From IMG/VR virus record IMGVR_UViG_3300016744_000001: a stretch of 64,000 nt of DNA; one strand, given 5' to 3'. The notes beneath the pieces were generated by a model. The model did no database searches. It saw only the letters and a program-made list of their open reading frames with translations, and was not told the origin of the DNA. The position numbers and the translations under genes are program-made. The stretch is from a virus (taxonomy: Duplodnaviria > Caudoviricetes). Shown piece by piece: positions 39,858 through 49,049 of this stretch (its first letter is position 1; every line of letters begins with the position of its first letter).

Positions 39858-39932
39858 GAATTGCTCCTAGTGAACATATTAATGATCCAAATGATAGTGC
39901 CAAGCTGGTCAAAAACCAGCTTGGCATCAATA

Positions 39933-40910
39933 CTAAGCGATCGCGATATATTGCCCACCAAATGTACTTTCCCCAGGAATGGTTCCTGGGAAAATGGTAG
40001 TGTCAGTGGCAGTGCCAATAACAGCTTTGATCACTCCATTTCCTTCAGTAGTGTACCGTTTTCCTGTCAGTGTCCCTGTCGTTGTGAACTTTGGTGCTCT
40101 GGAAAGAACCTCTGGGTTAATCCAAGCATTGATTGTTCCAACTGTTTCAACCGTGACAAATGTAGCCATCTGGGATGAACCTGTCACCTGAACATCCTGC
40201 ATGACGTTGTGCAGTGAGTTGGTGCTTGCGTACAGAAACGCGGTGATAATTGAAGTGTCATCAACTACGAATTCAAACTTCGTTGTCCCGGTCAAACTAA
40301 CTGTCCCCCCAGTCCAAGTGCAGATCCCAAACACTCCTTGGCTAGTGACATTTGACGGCATGATCATCCGACAGTTGAACACTGAAGTTTGTGATCCCTG
40401 TAACCCAGTGACCAATCCGTGGTAAGACCCACTTTCGATGTATCCTGGTGCCAGGGTAAGATCTTTCAAAATACAAGTGCCACGACTGGTGTTGGTCAAC
40501 CTACCAGTCTTGACTTTGGTATTGTCAGTAGAGTTCCCAACAATCCACAACTGCCCAGTGGTTGCAACATACGCTGGGACAACCGTGTTCCCAGTAAGAT
40601 TGTAACTACCGTCTGCCAACTGAATCGTGACGTTGTACTGGTTGAAATTGTACTTGGACGACACAAAGTTCAAGGCATACTGCAACGTCTTGAACGGGTT
40701 ATCAACACTCAGTCCTTGAGAGTTGGCCGTCGTATCCACACCACTTGGACTGACGTAGACAGTCAATGGCGCTGTCAACCACAAGTACATTTGAAAGTTC
40801 TGAGCCACTGCAGAAATGATGTTACTCATGCTCTGCACATCAATGCCAAGGACCAACAGCTTGCTCAAAAGCTCGCCAGTCGGCATTCTGTCATAAAACG
40901 GATTTGCCAT
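39933..40910 (-). CDS. Tail fibre / spike protein with beta-helix-like domain
   Basis: VYVSPSGVD..GLS..PFKTLQYA..IQLADGSY; C-terminal PGTIPG..GGQY. Confidence 0.75.
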   Translation of the reverse strand: MANPFYDRMPTGELLSKLLVLGIDVQSMSNIISAVAQNFQMYLWLTAPLTVYVSPSGVDTTANSQGLSVDNPFKTLQYALNFVSSKYNFNQYNVTIQLADGSYNLTGNTVVPAYVATTGQLWIVGNSTDNTKVKTGRLTNTSRGTCILKDLTLAPGYIESGSYHGLVTGLQGSQTSVFNCRMIMPSNVTSQGVFGICTWTGGTVSLTGTTKFEFVVDDTSIITAFLYASTNSLHNVMQDVQVTGSSQMATFVTVETVGTINAWINPEVLSRAPKFTTTGTLTGKRYTTEGNGVIKAVIGTATDTTIFPGTIPGESTFGGQYIAIA

Positions 40911-40951
40911 GATTAACTCCAAACTAAACAGGTTAAATCACAACATAGTTA

Positions 40952-40982
40952 GATGAGCGCTGGGTAATCCCCAGCGCTCATC
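40952..40982. terminator. Hairpin
   Basis: GATGAGCGCTGGG-taatc-CCCAGCGCTCATC. Confidence 0.75.
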
Positions 40983-40983
40983 A

Positions 40984-41904
40984 TTACACTTCACCGATGT
41001 ACATGATCACAGGAAGAATAGTGTTTCCGGGTCGAAATTCAGTATCGACTTCAACTTGAGTTGATGCATCAAACACTGCTTTGTAGCGTTTGTTTGAAGT
41101 CAATCCATCCCAACCACCACCAATGAAACTTGCTTGTGACCGAGTAAGCGCATTAAACACCCCACTCAGCTCATCAAACGCGTACATTGATTTAATACCG
41201 TTGTTCGTTGTCCCAACAGTCAAACCAAATGTACCATACAAGTTCTTCATTGCCCCAAGCTGGGTACTACCCGCAGTTCTGGCTAAACCGTCAACCCAGC
41301 AACGAATAAACTCATTACCAAGCACTGGTAAATACAACCCACTTGGATTCGCTGAGTTCGGTCTGAACATGCCTTTATTTGCAGCGCGAGTAGTCTGGCT
41401 TGCGTTATGTGGTAACAACAACCCATTGAACCCACCATTAATATAGACATTGTAAAATTCTGAGTTCCCAGCAAATGAAATGAAATCACCATTCACCCAA
41501 ACGTGTCTAGGAGGAAGAATCGTCGATCGATGAACTCTGGGCACACCAATCTGAAGCATTCGAAGTGAATCCAAAAGGTTCACCTTATTCGTCAAGTCAG
41601 CAAGCTTCTGGCTCACATCAGTCGAGGATGCGGCAACTGATGGAGCAACTTGGCTCCACGATGTCGCTTGCGCTGCCGGCGCAACAGGACCAGCTAATGT
41701 TGAGGTTCCAGACTCTTGGAGAGCCACAAAGATTTTTGACTCGTGACTCCACAATGTCCCAATTGCGCAGAGTTCTACGGTGGATGACCAAACGGGAACT
41801 ACTGCACCATTTTGAACAAGAAATGCCATACTTGTCAAAGCTTCCAACAGCTCTTTTACCGGCATTCCGTTAACGACTTGACTGGTTGCACCCATAGGCA
41901 CCAT
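40984..41904 (-). CDS. Short tail fibre protein, paralogue of the N-terminal half of 37749..39857
   Basis: VNGDFISFAG..AANKGMFRP..GLYLP shared; FDAS..EFRP.N..PVIMY. Confidence 0.8.
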   Translation of the reverse strand: MVPMGATSQVVNGMPVKELLEALTSMAFLVQNGAVVPVWSSTVELCAIGTLWSHESKIFVALQESGTSTLAGPVAPAAQATSWSQVAPSVAASSTDVSQKLADLTNKVNLLDSLRMLQIGVPRVHRSTILPPRHVWVNGDFISFAGNSEFYNVYINGGFNGLLLPHNASQTTRAANKGMFRPNSANPSGLYLPVLGNEFIRCWVDGLARTAGSTQLGAMKNLYGTFGLTVGTTNNGIKSMYAFDELSGVFNALTRSQASFIGGGWDGLTSNKRYKAVFDASTQVEVDTEFRPGNTILPVIMYIGEV

Positions 41905-41935
41905 CCTAGCAACGACTCATGATGTGATCATTGCA

Positions 41936-42604
41936 CTAATTCTTCTTGAATGTTGCATACACTCCAGTTAAAACTTCTGAATTCGCTGCCACGTAACTCA
42001 AAAGAAAACTGATTGTTTCCTTAAGCAGTACCTGCCGAAATTCGACTCGTGTCAATTCGTGATTTCTACGAGCCAACAAATCATATAACGTGGCCAACCA
42101 AGTGCGGCTAATCGAGTAGATATCCAAGCCATCATACTTGGATTTGTACGTTTCGATTTCCGTCGGATCGAGTTCCATACACGCCTGAAAGAATTCAGGC
42201 GTGATGTACTTGCCCACAGAGGGGCTAGAGACGATGTTCATATTACGAACACTGGTTTGCTGCTCATCAGTGAATGAGTTTCCTTCATTCATTTGTTCTG
42301 CTGAGAGAAACGGGTTGGATCGGTCACCCCGAGCATCAATCGTGAAGAACATCTGCATTCGTGAAGCAATGTGCGCGGCATGTGCCAAGGTGCTCTGAGG
42401 TTCGTATACCTCAAACTGGCACAACTTCAAGGTGTGCCGAATCAGCGCGTCCAAGCTGCACCAGGCGGTACAATCGGTCGCATCAGTGGGTTCTTTTTCC
42501 CAACCATGCGCTTTGTACTTCATCGTAGCGTTGTGATGTATTGCCGCAACCATTGCCAGGATGTCTTTCAACATACCGAATTTGACGGTCAAACGAGCTT
42601 TCAT
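41936..42604 (-). CDS. Hypothetical protein
   Basis: 222 aa, GGAG RBS. Confidence 0.7.
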   Translation of the reverse strand: MKARLTVKFGMLKDILAMVAAIHHNATMKYKAHGWEKEPTDATDCTAWCSLDALIRHTLKLCQFEVYEPQSTLAHAAHIASRMQMFFTIDARGDRSNPFLSAEQMNEGNSFTDEQQTSVRNMNIVSSPSVGKYITPEFFQACMELDPTEIETYKSKYDGLDIYSISRTWLATLYDLLARRNHELTRVEFRQVLLKETISFLLSYVAANSEVLTGVYATFKKN

Positions 42605-42639
42605 TAAAGCTACTCCAATTTAAAGGTAGTGAGGTTGAT

Positions 42640-44163
42640 ATGCCGGTCGTACACTCAGTCGTATCTGAGGCAAACACCCACATTCATTTGCCGATGATTA
42701 CTCAAGTGGCTCACCATTTGGTAAATTCATTAAATTTGCCACAGTACATCAAAAATGACATCCATATTGAGACTGGGTGGACATCAACTAAGGGCACAAG
42801 AGATGATCACTCGCTGCGCATCCGTGGAAACATGTTCCGTGTGATGGCGACACAAGCGTCCCCACATGCCCCAGTGTTTGACTACCAGACATTCAACCAT
42901 GTTGGTGGTCATACTTTTTATCCAGGGCAGTTGGACATCGCTTACAATCCAATCTTACGAGATCCGTACTCCGAGATCTCTCTGCATGAAGTACCACTTC
43001 CGTGCTCATTCACACTAGACTGCACGTTCTGGATGATTGATCGAAATTTGGCATACGACATCACAAAAAGATTGGCATTGCGTTTTTCAAATAGCGTAGT
43101 GCATTCCTTATCAATGGTGTATGACTATCCAGTTCCGAAGGATATCCTTTCAATGCTGTTCGGTCTGTTCAAGTTTCGGAAGTTCTCTGAAACTGATGAT
43201 CGTTTTGGTGAGATCATCAAAGCCAAGAAGAATCTGACCTTTGCTGATTGGCTGGATAAGACGTCGATCGTCAACTTCGTCATGGCAAAGTCGAGAGCAA
43301 GGAACACAAGTGAACTTGTTATCAACAAGCACATTGACAATGCGTTGCTCTCGATAGAGTTCGAAGGTGGTAAGCCAGAAGAAGACAAGAACATGACTGT
43401 GGCGAACACCTACCAGACAAACTTCACCTGTCGGTTTCAATTCGCTGAAGCGGCGGCACTGATCCTGAAGTACCCGTGCATTGTGGATAACACCATTGTT
43501 CCGGGAAACATGATTCCACAGCCTCGAGCAAACGACACACCAATCCGATCAATGAAGCCAACATTCCAAAACCCCATGCTGGACGATGCATTCAGCGAAC
43601 TCCGTGCGGTGAAAGATGTTGATGAACCAGTAGTTTGTCCGTATTACGATGACTGGGTTGTTCCTGAAAATGAGCTGTGGCATCGATCGTACCGACCATT
43701 CTTCATCAGCCTCTACACGATTGAATCAGAAAAGTTGAACACCGTCATTGACCTGAGTGGGATCTTGTACGAGAGTTCCAAGCTTCACGATATCGTGCAG
43801 TACATCTTAAAAGCTCAAGGAAATGAGAGCTTCAGGGATGACTGCATCTTCAACATTTCAGCTTACCTGCGAAACCGTCGACAGGTGAACAGTGAACTCT
43901 CTTTGGCGTCAGACTTGAAGCTGACACTAAAAGCTCAAGACGTACATCCACAACGGCATTTGGTGATTTCAGAAATCACTGACTATCGCTACTTGAATCC
44001 CAAGTGGTGGAAGTACATTGAGCAATTCCCTGACTACTTCAATCCGAAGACGAAACCTGGTGGAAACAACTCAGGAGACAATAATGGCACTAATCGATCG
44101 TTTCGGGTCTTTAACTACGCCCTCATCCCAAGGAACACCGGTATCAGAGAGCAGAAATCTTGA
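42640..44163 (+). CDS. phiKZ-like virion structural protein
   Basis: 507 aa, GAGG RBS; YP..VDN and P.YDDW motifs recalled from phiKZ-like tail/baseplate proteins. Confidence 0.55.
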   Translation: MPVVHSVVSEANTHIHLPMITQVAHHLVNSLNLPQYIKNDIHIETGWTSTKGTRDDHSLRIRGNMFRVMATQASPHAPVFDYQTFNHVGGHTFYPGQLDIAYNPILRDPYSEISLHEVPLPCSFTLDCTFWMIDRNLAYDITKRLALRFSNSVVHSLSMVYDYPVPKDILSMLFGLFKFRKFSETDDRFGEIIKAKKNLTFADWLDKTSIVNFVMAKSRARNTSELVINKHIDNALLSIEFEGGKPEEDKNMTVANTYQTNFTCRFQFAEAAALILKYPCIVDNTIVPGNMIPQPRANDTPIRSMKPTFQNPMLDDAFSELRAVKDVDEPVVCPYYDDWVVPENELWHRSYRPFFISLYTIESEKLNTVIDLSGILYESSKLHDIVQYILKAQGNESFRDDCIFNISAYLRNRRQVNSELSLASDLKLTLKAQDVHPQRHLVISEITDYRYLNPKWWKYIEQFPDYFNPKTKPGGNNSGDNNGTNRSFRVFNYALIPRNTGIREQKS

Positions 44164-44179
44164 TCCAAGAAATCAGCAC

Positions 44180-45499
44180 ATGGCTACAGATTCTGACATC
44201 GACAAGATCGTCAGTATCAAAGATACCTTCACAACTCAAACAGCTCTGAACCCAGTGAACTATCCAGAAGAATACAGAATGCTTCTGGCGTACACTCGTG
44301 GTTACCCAATGTCGGTGACGTATTTTCACCGACAGAATCCCAATATCGACATCCGAAGCTTCATCGTTTCAGTATCGATGGATGAAGACACTATCCATGA
44401 AGATCTTACAAAGATCAACAATCTGGAAATGGTGTTGGAGTCATCACTGCAGTATGAACTGCAGAACGAAGATAAGACCACCGCACTCACTGGTGCGGCG
44501 AACATGTACCCGGGTCTTGAACCTTACGAAGGTGACATGTTTGTGCTTGAAGTTGGTAACAACAACCTTGTCCTCTTTACGGTCATGGCGGTCACCCCAA
44601 CAACGTATCGGCAAGAACGTGGTTACCGGATCAACTTCAGTGCGTATGGCCGTTTGTCCGAATCATTGTACAAACGTTTATTGTCGGCCGTGACGGACAC
44701 TTGTCACTTTGAAAAAAGAAAGTACTTCGGGGAAAGTGAGTTCACATTCCTCAGTACTCAAAGCTACGAACAGCTGAACAAACTTGAGCACCTACGGCGA
44801 TCGATTGCTCAAGACTATGTCAACTTCTTTTTTGTTTATGATGAACTGAGTTTCTTCAGACCGGATGATGTCTACGACCCATACGTCACGGAGTTCCTCA
44901 GAAAGAAGTTGACAGTCCTTGAAAACAAAGTGCGGGCGACTCAGTTACAAGTGCCTTTCCTTGATTTCTACCGGTCAATTTGGTACAAATTCATTGATGC
45001 TGAAAACCGGCACGACTTGTCAGAACTTTACCGGTACGTTGGGATTCATCGCAAGATCCCTGAGTACTTTGGAGCTGGTTTGAATGGCTTGACTGGACGG
45101 CAGTATCTTGAAATGCAAGCTACCTCAGCACTGCTTGTGTCGTCTCGTCTTCCACAAGATCCACGCACATTGCATCACGTTGTCAGAGATGACAACAGTT
45201 GGCAACATGTGTCAACATTGTCTAATGATAATGTTGTTGATCAGATGTCAGCGAACTGGTCGGTTGACGGTGGTGATTGTTACATCTTTTCCAATGACTT
45301 TTACAACAACACAGTAACGGCTAGTTCTGACAAGATTGAGGTGTTGGTTAACAACTACCTTACAAAGAACCTGATCAACATTGATGAAGTGATCAGCGTC
45401 ACTGAGCCATACCGCAAGCTTGGTCGTGGTGTGAATGCGTTTTATCGGTTGCCACTCTACTTGGAACTGATTGACGCTGCGATCATTGCTGTGAAATAA
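44180..45499 (+). CDS. phiKZ-like virion structural protein
   Basis: G.P..VTYF, ANMYPGLEPYEGDMF, YDPYV motifs. Confidence 0.6.
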   Translation: MATDSDIDKIVSIKDTFTTQTALNPVNYPEEYRMLLAYTRGYPMSVTYFHRQNPNIDIRSFIVSVSMDEDTIHEDLTKINNLEMVLESSLQYELQNEDKTTALTGAANMYPGLEPYEGDMFVLEVGNNNLVLFTVMAVTPTTYRQERGYRINFSAYGRLSESLYKRLLSAVTDTCHFEKRKYFGESEFTFLSTQSYEQLNKLEHLRRSIAQDYVNFFFVYDELSFFRPDDVYDPYVTEFLRKKLTVLENKVRATQLQVPFLDFYRSIWYKFIDAENRHDLSELYRYVGIHRKIPEYFGAGLNGLTGRQYLEMQATSALLVSSRLPQDPRTLHHVVRDDNSWQHVSTLSNDNVVDQMSANWSVDGGDCYIFSNDFYNNTVTASSDKIEVLVNNYLTKNLINIDEVISVTEPYRKLGRGVNAFYRLPLYLELIDAAIIAVK

Positions 45500-45501
45500 T
45501 C

Positions 45502-45533
45502 ATAGCTCTGGTAGGAATTCCTACCAGAGCTAT
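45502..45533. terminator. Perfect 32-bp palindrome
   Basis: ATAGCTCTGGTAGGAA|TTCCTACCAGAGCTAT. Confidence 0.75.
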
Positions 45534-45570
45534 CCACGATATGTCACTATCTTTAATTCTGAGGTGCGTA

Positions 45571-46179
45571 ATGAACCCCCTTTCCGACAAATTCATGAGC
45601 CGTGTTAAGATTGCTGATGTTCCACGGCTATACCTGGATATCAGCAAACTGATCAATGAAAACTGTTATCTCCTTATCAACATCCCAGAAGTCTCAGCAA
45701 AACGGTCTGCTTACGAACTTGGGGTTTTGACTGGAGAGAGTGCTGGTCCAATCAAAACTCCATTTGGGTACGAAGTTGGTCGTGGGCAATACACGATCAA
45801 CTGGATGATCAACAACTACGGTGTGACACCATTTGAGTTCTACAACTGGAAGGACTCAGTTGAGGTTGCGGAACTCATCACTGAGTATGTTGATCAACTC
45901 ACGAACCGAGAAGATCCGTTGACCGAGGAAGAAACAGCTTACTTGTTGAAAGCAAGTGAGTTTGGCGCAAAGATTTGTGAAATCGCCAAACGCTTGATAA
46001 GTGTTCATGGCATCAAAAACCTCGGGAAAAGTATCTTCGATCAACACAAGACTCAAAAACTCAAGGACATCCTTGAAGGACGTCGACAAGCAGAGCTTGA
46101 CAAGATGGAAGATGTGGTCAGCACAACAATTCCAACAAGAGGCAATCCCGCCCTTGGTCGTTTGACAAGGGGTAATTAA
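45571..46179 (+). CDS. Hypothetical protein
   Basis: GAGGT RBS before MNPLSDK. Confidence 0.7.
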   Translation: MNPLSDKFMSRVKIADVPRLYLDISKLINENCYLLINIPEVSAKRSAYELGVLTGESAGPIKTPFGYEVGRGQYTINWMINNYGVTPFEFYNWKDSVEVAELITEYVDQLTNREDPLTEEETAYLLKASEFGAKICEIAKRLISVHGIKNLGKSIFDQHKTQKLKDILEGRRQAELDKMEDVVSTTIPTRGNPALGRLTRGN

Positions 46180-46180
46180 C

Positions 46181-47599
46181 ATGTATTTTGGGAAAATCAT
46201 CCAGTCTCTGGGCGACAAAGCAAAAGAGATTTTGCGTGGTGGTGTTTCTCAGATTTGTAAAATCAAAGGCACCATCTTCTCTAAGGAAGATGCAAACATC
46301 ACGATTGACCTCATGCAAGTGGATACCTGGAATGTGATTCAGCTCTTCGAAAAAGAGTTTCACGATCAGGTAACGATCACTCTTAATGTCAGTGTTGAAG
46401 AAGCAATGCTGTTGCTAACAAACTACAAAAACCTTCGACTGACCGTGAAACTAGATCATGTTACTCAGCACTACTACCAGCTGATTGACGAGATCCCACA
46501 GGAGGTCCATGAATTCGTAGTGATTATCAAAAATCCAACGGACCTCTTGAAGGAACTTCAAAAGACTGAGTTGACAACAACAAAAGAAGAGTCAACCACG
46601 AAGAGTGATTACCAGCCGGATTCAATCAGATCCAAGCGGTATGGTTTACAAGTTGAACTGATGGAAGAGAAACTCAGCAACTTCCGAACTACCCCGTTTA
46701 ACTGTCTTGGCTCTCAGTGTAATGTCTTGGCAGTGATCCTCGGCGCGTTAGCTGCCGTTGATATCAAGGGTGATGAGATCGAAATCATCCGTAAACCTGA
46801 CAATGCCAGAATCTACACTGCCATTCCAATCCCACCCATGCAGACCCTGCAAACTGTATTTGACTTACTGCATGACACTTACGGGCTTTACAAAACTGGC
46901 ACTGAGTATTACTACACCAACAAAAAGATGTACATCTATTCTGGGTACGACACCAACCCACCAACGGAACGTGTTGTACACTTGTACCGGTTGCCAGAAA
47001 ACAGTTATCCCGGTGATTGCAAGTATCACACTGTTGATGAAGGTGGGAATGTCCACATCGTCTTGCAAGATCCAGTGAACATCACAAACCTTGCCGAAAA
47101 AAGCATCGATGTCAATGGTAACTACCAAATCGCTCGTCGCAGTGATGCTGGTCTTGACGTCGACATCACAATGAATGGAAAGGATGCCACTGTCAGAGGA
47201 AACAACCTCATGACCATGGCTGCCCAAAACGAGAATCAGTCTCAGCCCGGATCAACATCTGCAAAATACGTCCCGACAACGAACAACGCTTTAGCGATGT
47301 CCAGTAACATGGCAGCTGCTATGTGCAAGTACATGACATCGACTTGGCAGTTTGCTTGGCCGTGGTTACTAACACCCGGGATGAAGGTCATGTATCACTA
47401 CGAAGACATGAATGGTCTCAAGACCACCACTGGGATTCTTTCATGTATCGAGTATGCATTGAGCAAAGTTGATGGTACCATTGGCAAACACAACAGCTAT
47501 GCTTGGGCCGCTCAGTTCGGGGTACGTCTTTCACCAGACGAAGTCACCGAAACAAAGATTGAGCCAGATATGTTGTCAACGTTCAAAGCGTTGGCGTAA
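46181..47599 (+). CDS. Probable baseplate hub-like structural protein
   Basis: 472 aa; PDN..Y..I.IP, YGLY..G..YY, W....P.LL.PGM.V pattern recalled from phiKZ-like virion proteins. Confidence 0.5.
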   Translation: MYFGKIIQSLGDKAKEILRGGVSQICKIKGTIFSKEDANITIDLMQVDTWNVIQLFEKEFHDQVTITLNVSVEEAMLLLTNYKNLRLTVKLDHVTQHYYQLIDEIPQEVHEFVVIIKNPTDLLKELQKTELTTTKEESTTKSDYQPDSIRSKRYGLQVELMEEKLSNFRTTPFNCLGSQCNVLAVILGALAAVDIKGDEIEIIRKPDNARIYTAIPIPPMQTLQTVFDLLHDTYGLYKTGTEYYYTNKKMYIYSGYDTNPPTERVVHLYRLPENSYPGDCKYHTVDEGGNVHIVLQDPVNITNLAEKSIDVNGNYQIARRSDAGLDVDITMNGKDATVRGNNLMTMAAQNENQSQPGSTSAKYVPTTNNALAMSSNMAAAMCKYMTSTWQFAWPWLLTPGMKVMYHYEDMNGLKTTTGILSCIEYALSKVDGTIGKHNSYAWAAQFGVRLSPDEVTETKIEPDMLSTFKALA

Positions 47600-47633
47600 A
47601 TATCTTTTTACATCATCTACCTGAATATATGCA

Positions 47634-47662
47634 TACACCAGGAGGTAACCCCTCCTGGTGTA
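47634..47662. terminator. Hairpin between convergent genes
   Basis: TACACCAGGAGG-taacc-CCTCCTGGTGTA. Confidence 0.75.
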
Positions 47663-47671
47663 CTAAATGCA

Positions 47672-48871
47672 CTAGTCTCCGTGTTGGTACTCTTGAGCAA
47701 CCATCATGAAGCTTTCCAACGTGCTTTTGATGATTGCCCGATGTTCTAGATTCTTGATGTTCGACAATGGGATATTGTTGTTCCACTTGACAACAAGCGT
47801 GTACAACCTCGTCATGAGGTTTCGCAGGTCGTGTGCGTCTTTGTTCTTTGCCTTTGACAGGAGATACACTCGAAAGAGGTATTCTAGATATGGCAAGTCC
47901 CGAAGTAACCGCAAGTACTGGAATGGTGTTTGGTGTTGGATATCCTGATACACAGGAATCTCATTCGCGATGTCAGCAAAGGACTTTGTTCCATCTCGAT
48001 AGAACTTCTGGTTGAACAAGACCTGTGGTCGGAATTCACCAGTTGTCACTGGGAAGTAATACTTCTCCAATGCCTCCATCACTTCAGTAAAACGAGCACC
48101 AATTGAACCCCATTGAGTTTGACTGCGTGTCCTCATGGAGTCAATCACTGTTGGGGATGTCACATCAAGCATGATGTCCACGGTCAACTGGTGCAATTTG
48201 TACAACCACAAATGGTTGCAATCATCAGGGATCGAATTCAAGACCCCTGTATGAATATACTCACGTAGGTCTGGATATGTAACACCCTGTACCTGCTTCA
48301 TGCGGTACCACTTAACGGCCTTCATAACCAAGGTTGGAATGTCCAGCAACCACAAAACCATCGAGGGGTAATTTTGATGAAAACGTAAGCTACCTGACAT
48401 CATGTCCATGGTGTACTCGGCACTGTTGTGCCACCACAGTTGCAATGGTTTCAGTTTCTCCCAAGCTGAATAAGGTTGAAGCATCGGGAAGAACTTTAAC
48501 CAGTCATTATCATCAACCGGGATAACGTACTCCCATGTTGGTGTACTGTGTGAATGTATAAATAATCCCTTATAAGCTTTGCCTGATCGTGCAAGATCAA
48601 AGATGTTCTTGTGCCGATCAACAATGTCTTGGAGCTGTGTGCTGTAGATGTAAAAGTCATCAGCAATTGCAGCTAGTCTTGGGATATCAGCTTCTCGCAA
48701 AATAAACGAAAGCAGTTTACTTCCGGGGGTCTCTGGTAGGACTTCCAATGATTGAAAGCGACGTTCCAGTGTTTCTTGCTGAGGTTGCAAGCTGTGAGTA
48801 TATTGAGTCCACAACGGAAACATCCTGATCTGACTTGTGGGACGATAGAAGTACTTGAATTGCTGAAGCAT
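47672..48871 (-). CDS. Conserved phiKZ-like protein divergent from chimallin (gp52 position)
   Basis: 399 aa, AGGAG RBS; synteny. Confidence 0.6.
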   Translation of the reverse strand: MLQQFKYFYRPTSQIRMFPLWTQYTHSLQPQQETLERRFQSLEVLPETPGSKLLSFILREADIPRLAAIADDFYIYSTQLQDIVDRHKNIFDLARSGKAYKGLFIHSHSTPTWEYVIPVDDNDWLKFFPMLQPYSAWEKLKPLQLWWHNSAEYTMDMMSGSLRFHQNYPSMVLWLLDIPTLVMKAVKWYRMKQVQGVTYPDLREYIHTGVLNSIPDDCNHLWLYKLHQLTVDIMLDVTSPTVIDSMRTRSQTQWGSIGARFTEVMEALEKYYFPVTTGEFRPQVLFNQKFYRDGTKSFADIANEIPVYQDIQHQTPFQYLRLLRDLPYLEYLFRVYLLSKAKNKDAHDLRNLMTRLYTLVVKWNNNIPLSNIKNLEHRAIIKSTLESFMMVAQEYQHGD

Positions 48872-48929
48872 ACAAACTCCTGAAAAGAAATAGTTGCTTT
48901 TTCAAATTATACCATCTCGGAGTAAGCGA

Positions 48930-48937
48930 TATATTAC
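48930..48937 (+). promoter_or_regulatory. Early promoter motif TATATTAC (chimallin candidate)
   Basis: Exact motif. Confidence 0.75.
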
Positions 48938-49049
48938 AAATGTGCTAGTGATGAACGATCTGTATTGGTAGTCCAGATTGAATATCATTAGTCCAGTCTC
49001 TGTCGTGCACGACAGAGTGTAACCACCAAAACCTCATGAGGACTTGAAC

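Noticed and set aside
37749-41904. Diversity-generating retroelement or invertible fibre switch
   Set aside because: No reverse transcriptase or invertase in the window; the fibre paralogues differ at all base types, and no flanking inverted sites were seen.
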